Counted from the stretch's first letter, positions 48,966 through 59,320 are shown. The stretch: 64,000 nucleotides of DNA from Candidatus Latescibacterota bacterium (GCA_963667175.2 CAXXXF010000015.1:320001-384000), one strand, 5' to 3'. The notes: generated by a model from the letters alone, not told the origin. Program-made: numbers and translations.

Positions 48966-50913
48966 CGTCTCACGTCTACCCTTCTCCCCGCCAACCTACC
49001 CCCTATCCCCCTTCCCGGGGGGAAGGGGGGACTGTCATCGCCTGAAGACGTCTCGCTCTGCTCCCCCTCTCCCTCCGGGAGAGGGGGCCCGCCTGCCGGC
49101 AGGCAGGCCGGGGGGAGAGGTCTGCGTATTGTTTGCCTTTTGCTTCAAGCTGATTGCCGACTGCTGATTGCTTTTCCTCGTGTCTTCGTGTCTCCGTGTG
49201 AGCTGAATGTCGTTCTCTTTCCGTCTCTACCCTTCTCCCCGCCGACCTACCCCCTATCCCCCTTCCCGGGGGGAAGGGGGGACTGTCATCGCTTGTAGAC
49301 GTCTCGCTCTGCTCCCCCTCTCCCCACGGGAGAGGGGGCCCGCCTGCCGGCAGGCAGGCCGGGGGGAGAGGTCTGCGTATTGTTTGCCTTTTGCTTCAAG
49401 CTGACTGCCGACTGCTGATTGCTGGTTTGCTTTTCCTTGTGTCTTCGTGTCTCCGTGTGAGCTGAATATCGTCCTCATTCCGTCTCTACCCTTCTCCCCG
49501 CCAACCTACCCCCTATCCCCCTTCCCGGGGGGAAGGGGGGACTGTCATCGCCTGACGACGTATCGCTCTGCTTCCCCTCTCCCGGGGGGAGAGGTCTGCG
49601 TATTGTTTGCCTTTTGCTTCAAGCTGACCACCGACTGCTGATTGCTGGTTTGCTTTTCTTTGTGTCTTCGTGTCTCCGTGTGAGCTGAATATCGTCCTCA
49701 TTCCGTCTCTACCCTTCTCCCCGCCAACCTACCCCCTATCCCCCTTCCCGGGGGGAAGGGGGGACTGTCATCGCCTGTAGACGTCTCGCTCTGCTCCCCC
49801 TCTCCCCCCGAGAGAGGTCTGCGTATTGTTTGTCTTTTGCTTCAAGCTGATTGCTGACTGCTGATTGCTGGTTTGCTTTTCTTTGTGTCTTCGTGTCTCC
49901 GTGTGAGCTGAATATCGTCCTCATTCCGTCTCTACCCTTCTCCCCGCCAACCTACCCCCTATCCCCCTTCCCGGGGGGAAGGGGGGACTGTCATCGCCTG
50001 AAGACGTCTCGCTCTGCTCCCCCTCTCCCTCCGGGAGAGGGGGTTGGGGGGAGAGGTCTGCGTATTGTTTGCCTTTTGCTTCAAGCTGATTGCTGACTGC
50101 TGATTGCTGGTTTGCTTTTCTTTGTGTCTTCGTGTCTCCGTGTGAGCTGAATATCGTCCTCATTCCGTCTCTACCCTTCTCCCCGCCAACCTACCCCCTA
50201 TCCCCCTTCCCGGGGGGAAGGGGGGACTGTCATCGCTTGTAGACGTCTCGCTCTGCTCCCCCTCTCCCCCCGGGAGAGGGGGCCTGCCTGCCGGCAGGCA
50301 GGGGGGAGAGGTCTGCGTATTGTTTGCCTTTTGCTTCAAGCTGACCACCGACTGCCGACTGCTGGTTTGCTTTTCTTTGTGTCTTCGTGTCTCCGTGTGA
50401 GCTGAATATCGTCCTCATTCCGTCTCTACCCTTCTCCCCGCCAACCTACCCCCTATCCCCCTTCCCGGGGGGAAGGGGGGACTGTCATCGCTTGTAGACG
50501 TCTCGCTCTGCTCCCCCTCTCCCCCCGGGAGAGGGGGCCTGCCTGCCGGCAGGCAGGCCGGGGAAAGAGGTCTGCGTATTGTTTGCCTTTTGCTTCAAGC
50601 TGACTGCTGACTGCTGGTTTGCTTTTCTTTGTGTCTTCGTGTCTCCGTGTGAGCTGAATATCGTCCTCATTCCGTCTCTACCCTTCTACCCGCCGACCTA
50701 CCCCCTATCCTCCTTCCCGGGGGGAAGGGGGGACTGTCATCGCTTGTAGACGTCTCGCTCTGCTCCCCCTCTCCCCCCGGGAGAGTGGGGCCCGCCTGCC
50801 GGCAGGCAGGCAGGGGGGAGAGGTCTGCGTATTGTTTGCCTTTTGCTTCAAGCTGACCACCGACTGCCGACTGCTGACTGCTTTTCCTTGTGTCTTCGTG
50901 TCTCCGTGTGAGC
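48966..50913. repeat. Tandem array of 8 modular 223-259 bp units
   Basis: Unit anchor ctacccttct at 48976, 49227, 49486, 49709, 49932, 50171, 50426 and 50678. Each unit has hairpin A, a spacer, hairpin B, GCTGA heptamers and tgtcttcg octamers. Confidence 0.95.
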
Positions 50914-50929
50914 CGATTCTCTTTCCACT

Positions 50930-50967
50930 AAAAAAACCGCCGGACCCGAGGCCCGGCGGTTTTTTTT
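50930..50967 (-). terminator. Intrinsic terminator
   Basis: AAAAAAACCGCCGG-acccgaggc-CCGGCGGTTTTTTTT just downstream of the 50988 gene. Confidence 0.85.
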
Positions 50968-50987
50968 CGATACCTGTGCGACTGCGT

Positions 50988-52451
50988 CTACTTGAGCAGC
51001 AGCATCTTCTGGGACAGCGTGGAGGCGCCGGCGTCCACCTTGGCGATGTAGACACCGCTCGCAACGCCGCGTCCCTGGTTGTCCCTGGCGTCCCACTGGA
51101 TCGAGTAGCGGCCCGCGGAGGCGACCTGAGAAACGAGGCGCCGCACCTGCTGGCCCAGGACGTCATAGATGACGACCGTAACGGCGCCCGCCTCGGGCAG
51201 GTCGTAGGAAATCGTGGTGCTGGGGTTGAAGGGGTTCGGATAGACGTTGACCGCAAACTCCGTGGGCAACGGCATCCGGGCGCCCAACAGCACCTCGATC
51301 ACGTTCGACTGCGAGATCGAGCCGTCCAGGTCCACCTGCTCGAGCCGGTAGTACACCCTGTCCGCGCCCGGCAGGTCCTTGTCTTCAAACGTGTAGTTCA
51401 TCAGCGCGTCCGACGTTCCCGCGCCCTGTACGAAGTTGCCGACCGCCTCGAAGGTCTCGCCGTCGACGCTGCGCATGATCCGCCAGCCCGCGTTGTTCGT
51501 CTGCGAGACCGTGGACCAGTTCAGGACCACCCGGTCCGTCTGCAGCGCGCCGTCGAAGGAGGCCAGTTCGGCCGGGTTCAGCTGGGTGAACGTGAACGTC
51601 ACCGGCGCCGTATCCTCGTCGTTCACGGTGGCCTTGACGGTCACCTGAAGGCTGCCGCCGGTCACGCTGAGGACGATCTTGTCCGCCGACACCATCATAT
51701 GGTCGTCGAGATCGAGCGTCCCCCCGTCCTCGTCCATGACGGTCAGCGCGCCCTCGCCCGTCGTGGTCACGGTGTAGGAAATGGTCGGCTCATCTGGCAG
51801 GTTGTCGACGCTGACCGTGACCGAGGCGCTGCCGCCCATGGCGGGAATCTGAATCATATTCCCGCGCATCAGACCGGCGCTCGATCCCACGACGGTGGGG
51901 CCCGTCGGAACCGCGAACGTCACGATGGCTTCCGAGACGTCAAGACTATCCTGCACCTGTGCCGTCAACGCCTCGCCGATACCGATGACCGCGCCCTTCG
52001 CGTGAAAGGAAGCCCCGTCGCCGATAGCAGTCTTCGCAACAAAACTCACGGTGGCCAGATAACCGCTCTCCGGGATGTCGGCCGGCGCCAAAGCCAGCAC
52101 AGCGAACCCATCCTTGGAAATCTGCGGGGAAATTCCCGGGGCCGCCGGGATGATCGCGTCCACGCCGCCGATACTCCAACTGTCCTCAAACATCCCTGCG
52201 TCGGCGAAATTGACTTGAAATCCGGCCGTCTTTTTGCCATCGAAGCCTTCCGCGAACAACTCGACCCTCACCGTATCGCCTGCAGCCGCGGGCGGGTGGG
52301 TATTGCTCTCCTCGTTCACCTTGTCGGCGGACGCGACCGGATTGTAGACGGTATCGACCAGCAGCTTCTTCGCGTCGACGTCACCGACGCCAAAAGCGAC
52401 CAGACAAGCGGCAATCGCAACGATGCCCAGAATCGGTTTAACTCTATACAT
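50988..52451 (-). CDS. Secreted protein with cohesin-like N-domain and C-terminal FlgD-Ig/T9SS-type sorting domain
   Basis: Signal peptide, ELASF...V.LNWST..Q.NN.G, YYRLEQVDLDG, YPNPFNPSTTI.Y, WDARDNQG..VASGVY, KMLLLK. Confidence 0.8.
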   Translation of the reverse strand: MYRVKPILGIVAIAACLVAFGVGDVDAKKLLVDTVYNPVASADKVNEESNTHPPAAAGDTVRVELFAEGFDGKKTAGFQVNFADAGMFEDSWSIGGVDAIIPAAPGISPQISKDGFAVLALAPADIPESGYLATVSFVAKTAIGDGASFHAKGAVIGIGEALTAQVQDSLDVSEAIVTFAVPTGPTVVGSSAGLMRGNMIQIPAMGGSASVTVSVDNLPDEPTISYTVTTTGEGALTVMDEDGGTLDLDDHMMVSADKIVLSVTGGSLQVTVKATVNDEDTAPVTFTFTQLNPAELASFDGALQTDRVVLNWSTVSQTNNAGWRIMRSVDGETFEAVGNFVQGAGTSDALMNYTFEDKDLPGADRVYYRLEQVDLDGSISQSNVIEVLLGARMPLPTEFAVNVYPNPFNPSTTISYDLPEAGAVTVVIYDVLGQQVRRLVSQVASAGRYSIQWDARDNQGRGVASGVYIAKVDAGASTLSQKMLLLK

Positions 52452-52567
52452 CTCGCCTCTCCTTCTCGGTGTGTGGTGTGTATCGCTCCAGAATTCAATG
52501 CTCGCTCCAGTAACGAAAACAGAAGTATGGGAGGCGCCCGAAGGAACCTCCCATACCCTTCACCGCA

Positions 52568-53347
52568 TTACTTGAGCAACATCAACCGCTTGGCATCCTG
52601 GAACTTACCGGCAACCGAGACCTGGTAGAAGTAAATTCCACTCGAAACCGATACGCCGCGGTCGTCCATCCCGCTCCACTGCACCGTGTACCGTCCGGGC
52701 GCCTGGCGCTCGCGCACCAGCGTCCGAACCTCCTGGCCCAGCAGGTTGTAGATGCGAAGCACCACGTCCCCGCCTTCAGCCAGGTCGTACGGAATGTTGG
52801 TTTGCGGGTTGAACGGGTTCGGATAGTTCTGATGCAGCGCGAACTCCGTGGGCGTGCTCTGCACGTCCAGCGCGCCCAGCGATACCACCGGGTTCTGCAG
52901 CCGGTCCGCGTCGAACACCACGCCCTGGGCGATCTCGAAGCGGGCGTTGTCGTCGAACTCCCTCAGCACCTTGAACGTGAAGGTCACCAGGGCGCCTTCG
53001 CCGCTCACGGAACCCGACTCCGTAATGACGTTGACAACCGAAATCCGGCCTTCTTCCGGCCAGTTCTTGAACAGCGGCGTCTCGCCGCCTTCGGCCTTCA
53101 GCAGGTCGTTCTCGGCCGGCGCAACGCTGACGAATTCGAACTTGTCCGCGTCATACGCCAGTTCCAGACCGTAGCCGTTCAACGCCCTGGCGTTGGCCAT
53201 GGAAACCGTCAACGAAATCGTCTCGCCGACCAGCACCTTTTCGCTGGTCAGTTCGAGCCTCATCTCCGTATCGGCGTTCACGCCCGGTCGCTGCGGAACC
53301 ACCGCCAGCTTGCTGCCTGCCGGTACCACCGCCGTCTTACCGAACGA
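52568..53347 (-). CDS. C-terminal part (cohesin plus FlgD-Ig sorting domain) of the frameshifted large surface protein
   Basis: The frame continues upstream as SFGKTAVVPAGSKL; cohesin-like VGETISLTVS...GYGLELAYD...GEGALVTFTF; QNYPNPFNP, RLMLLK. Confidence 0.75.
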   Translation of the reverse strand, partial: SFGKTAVVPAGSKLAVVPQRPGVNADTEMRLELTSEKVLVGETISLTVSMANARALNGYGLELAYDADKFEFVSVAPAENDLLKAEGGETPLFKNWPEEGRISVVNVITESGSVSGEGALVTFTFKVLREFDDNARFEIAQGVVFDADRLQNPVVSLGALDVQSTPTEFALHQNYPNPFNPQTNIPYDLAEGGDVVLRIYNLLGQEVRTLVRERQAPGRYTVQWSGMDDRGVSVSSGIYFYQVSVAGKFQDAKRLMLLK

Positions 53348-56300
53348 CCCCCCGCCGCCAATACGAAGTCGGCAAAGTCCACCGTGCCGTCGTCGTCGAC
53401 GTCGGCCTGCGGATTGTAGTTGGCGTCGCCCTTCTGGCTGTTGAAAGCGGCCGCGAAGGCGACGAAGTCTTCAAAGTTCACCTCCAGGTCACCGCCCTGC
53501 GACGGCAGCACGATGAGGTAAACCGGATCGCCGCCGGCGTCCACGAACTTCACGCGGACCGAGATGTCCGCAACCGTGATCGGCTGGGCCCACGCCACGT
53601 TATCGTCGTCGAACGCGCCGATCTGATAGACCAGCGACGTTACGCCGTCCGGCAGGTTGTCGTCGGTGAACTGGGTGGATCCGGGCGACAGCGTGGCGAC
53701 CATCTCGAGGTCGTCGGCAGACGCGCCTCTGTGCACCATGTAGCCCTTCACACCCATGATTGGAACGTTGTAGCCGCGATACGGAATGGAACCCACAACG
53801 CGGTCGTCGGACGAAGCCGTCCAGCGAAGCACCACGCCGCCGGCGCCTTCGCCGGAAGCGTCTGTGACCGCGGCGGGACCGATGTTGTCAACGGCTGCGA
53901 CCGGCTCTTCCGTGACCGTGCGGAGGGACGACAGCACATCGCCCGCGCCGTGGCTCGTCCGGATGTTGGCCGGAACCGCCGCGCTGCCCATCAGCGCGCT
54001 CAGGTCGGGATTCACCGGCGCAAAGATCACGTTCTTCTGATCGCCGATGAGGGCCTTGACGTAGTCTTCCGGCGCGTTGAACTGATTGTTCAGCTCCTCG
54101 TCCGTCAGAAGCTCCGCCTCGGGCATACCCATCAACTGCAGCATCTGCTGGATGCTCTCCTTCGTGAACACGCGCTTGCTGGCCGTGGACGTGGTCGGTC
54201 CGGATTCACCGGCTTCGCTGACCGACGTCACGCCCCAGTTGGTGGCCACGTTGTTGATGGCGGGAACGATCACGGTCTGCATGTCGCCTTCCGGATCGCC
54301 CATCTCGTCGCCGGCGTCGCTAGCGAAGCTGACGCTCGTCCACGCGACCCACTTCTTCACGGGCTCATCGAGTTCAACCACGTTGCCTTCGTCATCCATT
54401 CCCGTGGTCGAGTCGATTTCCCTGAAAATCTGGTAGGCCGTCACGGCGTCGTGCTGCGACGAATTCGGGAAGCTGATGACGACAACGCCGCCTTGGTCGC
54501 CCTTGCCGTCCGCGCCCATGTAGTCCTGCACCACCACGTTCGCTACCGCGGCAGGCGCGCCCGGATCCGGGCCGTCGCCGTCTTCGCTCACGAAGTTCAC
54601 CGTCACGCTGCCCGTGAAGGCGCCCGTCTCATCTTTACCATCTTTACCGACGTTTACGTAGTCTTCCTTAACCGTCGTCACGGTGATCAACGCGCTGCCG
54701 TCGATATCGGCCGCCACCGCGCCGAAATCGGTCCCGCCGGCCTTGACGTTCTGCGTCCCGGAGGGCACGGTCACCGCGGCGTTGGCGGTGCTGAATTCAA
54801 CGGCCAATTCGTCGTACGTCTTCGAATCGACGGTATTGTCGATCTTCATACTCGGGTTGCCGAATGCATCGGTGGGCAACACGTTGAGCGTGAAGGCGCC
54901 GGCCACGTTGGTGTCGGAAACCTGACCCTCGCTGGCCGTCACCACGAACTTGGATACCTCAGCGACGTCCACGGCCACCGGAGACAGCGTGGCGCTGGTG
55001 CGAATCGTATACGCGCCGGTGGCGGGATCAATGCTGCCTTCGGCCACCATCACCTTGACGTTTTTAAGCGGCTTTTCCGACTTGAACTTCACGTCGCGCT
55101 GACCCGCCGCCCAGTCGTCCGCGCTCAGGATGGCGCCCTTCGCAACCATGCCCGCCGCCGCAAGGTCCGCGGGAAGCGCGAACGCCGGCGCGTCGGACAC
55201 GCCCGTGCCGCCGAAGGACACGCCCGCGAGCGCGTCGGCCTGGTCCGCGGATACGATCACGCCCAGAGCCACCGCCTGGCGATAGGTCACCGCGCGCACG
55301 TCCTTCCCCTCGGTGCGCGTCAGCGTGGTGTCGATCACCGAGACGTTCATGGTGAAGTCCACGCCGGCAACGACCTTGCCTTTCTGGTCCGGACTGTCCG
55401 CAATCTTGAACTTGTCGGCGTCCGGGTTCATGAAGCCCTTCCGGAACGTCAGCCGGCCGCCGTCGTGCGCCACGGCGTTGCCCGCGAGGTCGATCGCCAG
55501 AATCTGCAGATCATACCCCTGCTTCTCCAAAAACGTGGTGTCGTTCACCGGCCAGGACATCAGTTCGCCCGTGGTCTCCAGGCGCACGTTGCCCTTACCC
55601 CACGCCTGCACCATGGCCTTGCCGCCGCCGACCTCTACATAGCGAACCGAGAGCGAATCCAACTCCTCGTCGATGCTGAAGACCGGATCCTTCGAATCCA
55701 GCGTAATCGTCGGCTTATCCTGGTTGGTGGCGTCCTTCGGCGCGTCATCGGCACTCGGGAACAGACTCCCGATCACCGGCGCCTTCTCGTCGTACCAGAT
55801 GTCCTTGAGGGTCATCGTGGATTTGTTCCCGAGGCTGTCCCAGACCTCGATCTTCAGGTCTTTCTTCACGCCGCCCGCTTTGGCGTACACCCACGGGAGC
55901 TCGAGCGTGGCAACGCTATCGTTCCCGGTAGGAGTCGTAGGCACGTCATCACTAGGATCTGCGGGGGTGTTGGCAGTGTCGACCAAATGATCGCCGAAAC
56001 CCGCCGTGCTGTCGCCGTGCGTGATCATGATCGAATCCGGTTCTTCACTCAGCCCGAAATTGAGCGGGTTCAACTTCCGCTTCAACTGTACGCCGCTCGC
56101 GTCACCCGGTATCAACTTGTACTTTGCAAGTGTCTGCGTGAGATCCGCCGAGATCCGATCCTCCATGCTGTCCGGAATCGGATATTTCATCGTGATCTTC
56201 GGCAGGTTCCCATCCACGATCTGGAACAAGTTGGGGCTGGTTCCGATTGTTACGGGAGCGTCGACCCATTTTCCGGTCTCGCCGTCAGGATCGCCCGCCG

Positions 56301-57273
56301 GGGCTTCGATATCGGACGCAGCCGCTTCATTGGCGGTCGTGCCACCCCGATTACCGGCGGCGTCCACCAGATTCGCGAGAATCCGAACCCGCTCGTTATC
56401 CGCGAAAACGCCCGCCTCGAGTTTCCGGGAAACGCTGTTGTTCGGGGTGGTTAACGCGTCGCCCGTAAGATCGAAACTGATGGGCGCCGTGGAGAACGCC
56501 GAGTCCGTTTCCACAACCGCGATTTCGATTTTATTTGCCCTGGCGGTCAATACGTTCGTGACGGAATGCACCATGTCGATTTTGATTACGTCGCCGTTCA
56601 CGATCCTCACCTCATTGATCATTCCCTCCGAGGTCGTATCGGTGGCCAGTGCTTTCGTATCGAGCAGAAGACTCGTAAAGACCTCACCATTAACAGGACG
56701 ATTGGTATCGATGCCGAATAATTTGCCGTCGCCCACGCGGCTGGCGCCGAATCCCGAGGATGCCGGAGCGATCTTCTTGTTCGTCATCAGGTTGTTCAAC
56801 GGGGTGTCGGTAGTGACACCAGGATTCTTATCGACCACAACCTTGACCGAATGATTGGTGAGCGACTCGAAATTATCGTCGGCGGCAAGATTTAACGTGA
56901 TCTTGAACGTATCGATTCCTGACGTGGAAGCTCCGTTTCCAAAAGAGGATCGATCTGGAGATTGTGTGTCGCTACCGTCGGCATCTACTTCGTATAGTTT
57001 GTACCGATCCGTAGCGTTAGCGATCGCGTCGGCGTCAGTTTCGGAAGAATCGGCAAGTATTACGCTAAAATTGGTTGTGCCGAAAGTACCCGAATAGCAC
57101 AGGATCGTGATCTCGATCGAATCGCCAATTGCCGCCCAGGTGTTGGCGGCCGGTTTATCGACGCGAATGAGAATTCCCTGCGTGGCGGCCACGTCCTGGG
57201 CCGAGGCCACGCCAACCACTCCAACCACCAGCAGAAACGCCAAACCAATGCTTGAAACCGTTTTTAACTGCAT
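53278..57273 (-). CDS. Large secreted surface protein (Ig/FnIII-like, dockerin/EF-hand-like pair), frameshifted near 53350
   Basis: SD AAGGAGG and ATG 57273, signal peptide, acidic beta-rich sequence, VNFEDFVAFAAAF...DVDDDGTVDFADF. Confidence 0.8.
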   Translation of the reverse strand: MQLKTVSSIGLAFLLVVGVVGVASAQDVAATQGILIRVDKPAANTWAAIGDSIEITILCYSGTFGTTNFSVILADSSETDADAIANATDRYKLYEVDADGSDTQSPDRSSFGNGASTSGIDTFKITLNLAADDNFESLTNHSVKVVVDKNPGVTTDTPLNNLMTNKKIAPASSGFGASRVGDGKLFGIDTNRPVNGEVFTSLLLDTKALATDTTSEGMINEVRIVNGDVIKIDMVHSVTNVLTARANKIEIAVVETDSAFSTAPISFDLTGDALTTPNNSVSRKLEAGVFADNERVRILANLVDAAGNRGGTTANEAAASDIEAPAGDPDGETGKWVDAPVTIGTSPNLFQIVDGNLPKITMKYPIPDSMEDRISADLTQTLAKYKLIPGDASGVQLKRKLNPLNFGLSEEPDSIMITHGDSTAGFGDHLVDTANTPADPSDDVPTTPTGNDSVATLELPWVYAKAGGVKKDLKIEVWDSLGNKSTMTLKDIWYDEKAPVIGSLFPSADDAPKDATNQDKPTITLDSKDPVFSIDEELDSLSVRYVEVGGGKAMVQAWGKGNVRLETTGELMSWPVNDTTFLEKQGYDLQILAIDLAGNAVAHDGGRLTFRKGFMNPDADKFKIADSPDQKGKVVAGVDFTMNVSVIDTTLTRTEGKDVRAVTYRQAVALGVIVSADQADALAGVSFGGTGVSDAPAFALPADLAAAGMVAKGAILSADDWAAGQRDVKFKSEKPLKNVKVMVAEGSIDPATGAYTIRTSATLSPVAVDVAEVSKFVVTASEGQVSDTNVAGAFTLNVLPTDAFGNPSMKIDNTVDSKTYDELAVEFSTANAAVTVPSGTQNVKAGGTDFGAVAADIDGSALITVTTVKEDYVNVGKDGKDETGAFTGSVTVNFVSEDGDGPDPGAPAAVANVVVQDYMGADGKGDQGGVVVISFPNSSQHDAVTAYQIFREIDSTTGMDDEGNVVELDEPVKKWVAWTSVSFASDAGDEMGDPEGDMQTVIVPAINNVATNWGVTSVSEAGESGPTTSTASKRVFTKESIQQMLQLMGMPEAELLTDEELNNQFNAPEDYVKALIGDQKNVIFAPVNPDLSALMGSAAVPANIRTSHGAGDVLSSLRTVTEEPVAAVDNIGPAAVTDASGEGAGGVVLRWTASSDDRVVGSIPYRGYNVPIMGVKGYMVHRGASADDLEMVATLSPGSTQFTDDNLPDGVTSLVYQIGAFDDDNVAWAQPITVADISVRVKFVDAGGDPVYLIVLPSQGGDLEVNFEDFVAFAAAFNSQKGDANYNPQADVDDDGTVDFADFVLAAGGRSVRRRWYRQAASWRWFRSDRA

Positions 57274-57703
57274 TACCAACCTCCTTGTGAAACAGGACGC
57301 TTCGAAAAACCTGCGGTAAACCTGCCTTGCTGCGCCTTGAAGCCACTTCTTGAACCCCCGATGAACCCCCGGCGGGGGGTGCCGGTAGTCGGAAGCAATG
57401 TGGAATTTGGCTGAAATGGCGTTCCTCCCTTCGTTTGGAAAATGTCTGAAATGCCTGGCCTGCAACCGCTTATTGTGACTATCGATATTGGTTGAACCTT
57501 TGTTGGCGCTCGGTCCAGTTACACCTCCTTTTACATGCACAAAAGCCACCCCCTCGTCTCCCGCCTTCAAGAGATAGCACGATCGATTCGTCATTATGGT
57601 GTTTTGAGGTTCCAACAACCCGGTTCCGATAGTCGATGAAAACAGCCGTGAATTGGGCCGATTTCGCTGTTTACACGCACATTATGCGGCAAACAGGTCC
57701 CTA

Positions 57704-57732
57704 AGTATACGCAACACGAAACAGGCTGTCAA
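57704..57732 (-). promoter_or_regulatory. Near-consensus sigma70 promoter for the surface-protein genes
   Basis: Minus strand reads TTGACA-17 bp-TATACT with an A-rich upstream element. Confidence 0.75.
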
Positions 57733-57833
57733 GTGTTTTTTGTACTTTATTCTTCGTGTAAAATCCAGAGTGCCGAATGGCCCCAAACCCCTGTAAATTA
57801 CGGCGCTTTCGCGCCTCGCGCAACCACAAACGA

Positions 57834-57965
57834 TCAGGATTCTCAGGATGGAACAGGATAGATCAGGGTGAAAAGCGGATCAGGATTCTCAGGATGAAAA
57901 GATGAACGGGATGAAAACCTGAAAGGCGAGACCTGCATGGATGAACGGGATGAACAGGATGAAAA
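57834..57965. repeat. Low-complexity caggattctcaggatgaa / gatgaacag repeats
   Basis: The same motif occurs in the spacers of the neighbouring four-gene array. Confidence 0.7.
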
Positions 57966-58149
57966 ATCAAGCAAGCAGGTCAAAAGCCCCCATTCGCAGG
58001 ATCAGGTCGATGAGTCCGTATCCCTGTCGTCCGCCCATCGTCACGCTGAACAATCCGATCCAGAAACCGCAACTTACTATGGATGGATACACGGGATGAG
58101 AACCGAAAAGCGCGAGAAAAGGTCGAGAGAACGAACGACGGCATCGAGG

Positions 58150-58422
58150 TTAGAGTTTGACGAGAATGAGCGTGCCGAGCGCAACCAGCGTGGTAAACTG
58201 GATGCCGATCATCCAGCGGAACACGCTATCGACGCGCGCGTTCACGTCCCGGAATCCGGTATCCATGCGCGCGTTGATTTCGCGGAAACCCTGATCGACG
58301 CGGGTTTCCAGGTTGCCCATACGGGTTTCCAGGCTTGCCATGCGCTGGCTCAGTTGTTCGACGGTTCCCTCGACGCGAGAAAGCCGGGCGTCGAAATCGT
58401 CGGCGGGCGTTGCGATCTGCAC
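58150..58422 (-). CDS. Membrane-anchored coiled-coil protein, paralog D (90 aa)
   Basis: SD AGGAG plus GTG; heptads, two 11-aa repeats and C-terminal TM WMIGIQFTTLVALGTLILVKL. Confidence 0.8.
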   Translation of the reverse strand: MQIATPADDFDARLSRVEGTVEQLSQRMASLETRMGNLETRVDQGFREINARMDTGFRDVNARVDSVFRWMIGIQFTTLVALGTLILVKL

Positions 58423-58533
58423 TGCGGGGCTCCTATCCCCTTCAATTCGCAAACCGGATCAGGATTCTCAGGATGAAGGGATGAACAGGATGAAAACCGA
58501 AAAGGCGCGAGAGAACGAACGACGGCGCCGGTG

Positions 58534-58872
58534 TTAGAGTCTGGCGAGAATGAGCGTGCCGAGCGCAACCAGCGTGGTGATCTGGATGCCGATAATCCAG
58601 CGGAACACGCTATCGACGCGCGCGTTCACGTCCCGGAATCCGGTATCCATGCGCGCGTTCACGTCCCGGAATCCGGCATCCATGCGCGCATTCACGTCCC
58701 GGAATCCGGCATCCATACGCGCGTTCACGGCCCGGAATCCGGCATCCACGCGGACTTCCAGGTTGCTCATGCGGATTTCCAGGCTGCTCATCCGCTGGCC
58801 AAGCTGCTCAACGGCGCCATCGAGGCGAGAAAGCCGGGCGTCGAAATCGTCGGCGGGCGTTGCGATCTGCAC
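58534..58872 (-). CDS. Membrane-anchored coiled-coil protein, paralog C (112 aa)
   Basis: Four (M/V)DxGFRxVNAR repeats encoded by 33-bp DNA repeats, plus a TM tail. Confidence 0.8.
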   Translation of the reverse strand: MQIATPADDFDARLSRLDGAVEQLGQRMSSLEIRMSNLEVRVDAGFRAVNARMDAGFRDVNARMDAGFRDVNARMDTGFRDVNARVDSVFRWIIGIQITTLVALGTLILARL

Positions 58873-58965
58873 TGCGGGGCTCCTATCCCCTTCAATTCGC
58901 AAACCGGATCAGGATTCTCAGGATGAAAACCGAAAAGGCCGAGAGAACGAACGACGGCGCCGGTG

Positions 58966-59205
58966 TTAGAGTCTGGCGAGAATGAGCGTGCCAAGCGCAA
59001 CCAGCGTGGTGATCTGGATACCGATCATCCAGCGGAATACGCTATCGACGCGCGCGTTCACGTCCCGGAATCCGGCATCCATGCGGACTTCCAGGTTGCT
59101 CATGCGGATTTCCAGGCTGCTCATCCGCTGGCCAAGCTGCTCAACGGCGCCATCGAGGCGAGAAAGCCTGGCGTCGAAATCGTCGGCGGGTGTTCCGGTC
59201 TGCAC
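58966..59205 (-). CDS. Membrane-anchored coiled-coil protein, paralog B (79 aa)
   Basis: One MDAGFRDVNAR repeat plus a TM tail. Confidence 0.8.
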   Translation of the reverse strand: MQTGTPADDFDARLSRLDGAVEQLGQRMSSLEIRMSNLEVRMDAGFRDVNARVDSVFRWMIGIQITTLVALGTLILARL

Positions 59206-59320
59206 TGCGGCGCTCCTATCCCCTCAATTCGCAAACCGGATCAGGATTCTCAGGATGAAGGGATGAACAGGATGAAAACCGAAAAGCGCGAGAAAACGAA
59301 CGACGGCGCCCAGTGGGGGC

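Noticed and set aside
48966-50913. CRISPR or TIGR-like guide array
   Set aside because: Units are over 220 bp, the intervening segments are near-identical rather than unique, and no cas or Nop-domain gene lies nearby.
48919-51256. Many short ORFs (MRTIFSSHGDTKTQRK, PACRQAG) in the repeat arrays
   Set aside because: These are translations of non-coding repeats; frames shift between units and there is no consistent SD.
57274-57618. 115-aa N-terminal extension of the large surface protein
   Set aside because: The strong SD and signal peptide begin at ATG 57273, so the upstream frame is treated as leader.
57300-57690. Cyclic di-GMP or other known riboswitch in the long leader
   Set aside because: No recognisable consensus by eye; an Rfam search would be needed.
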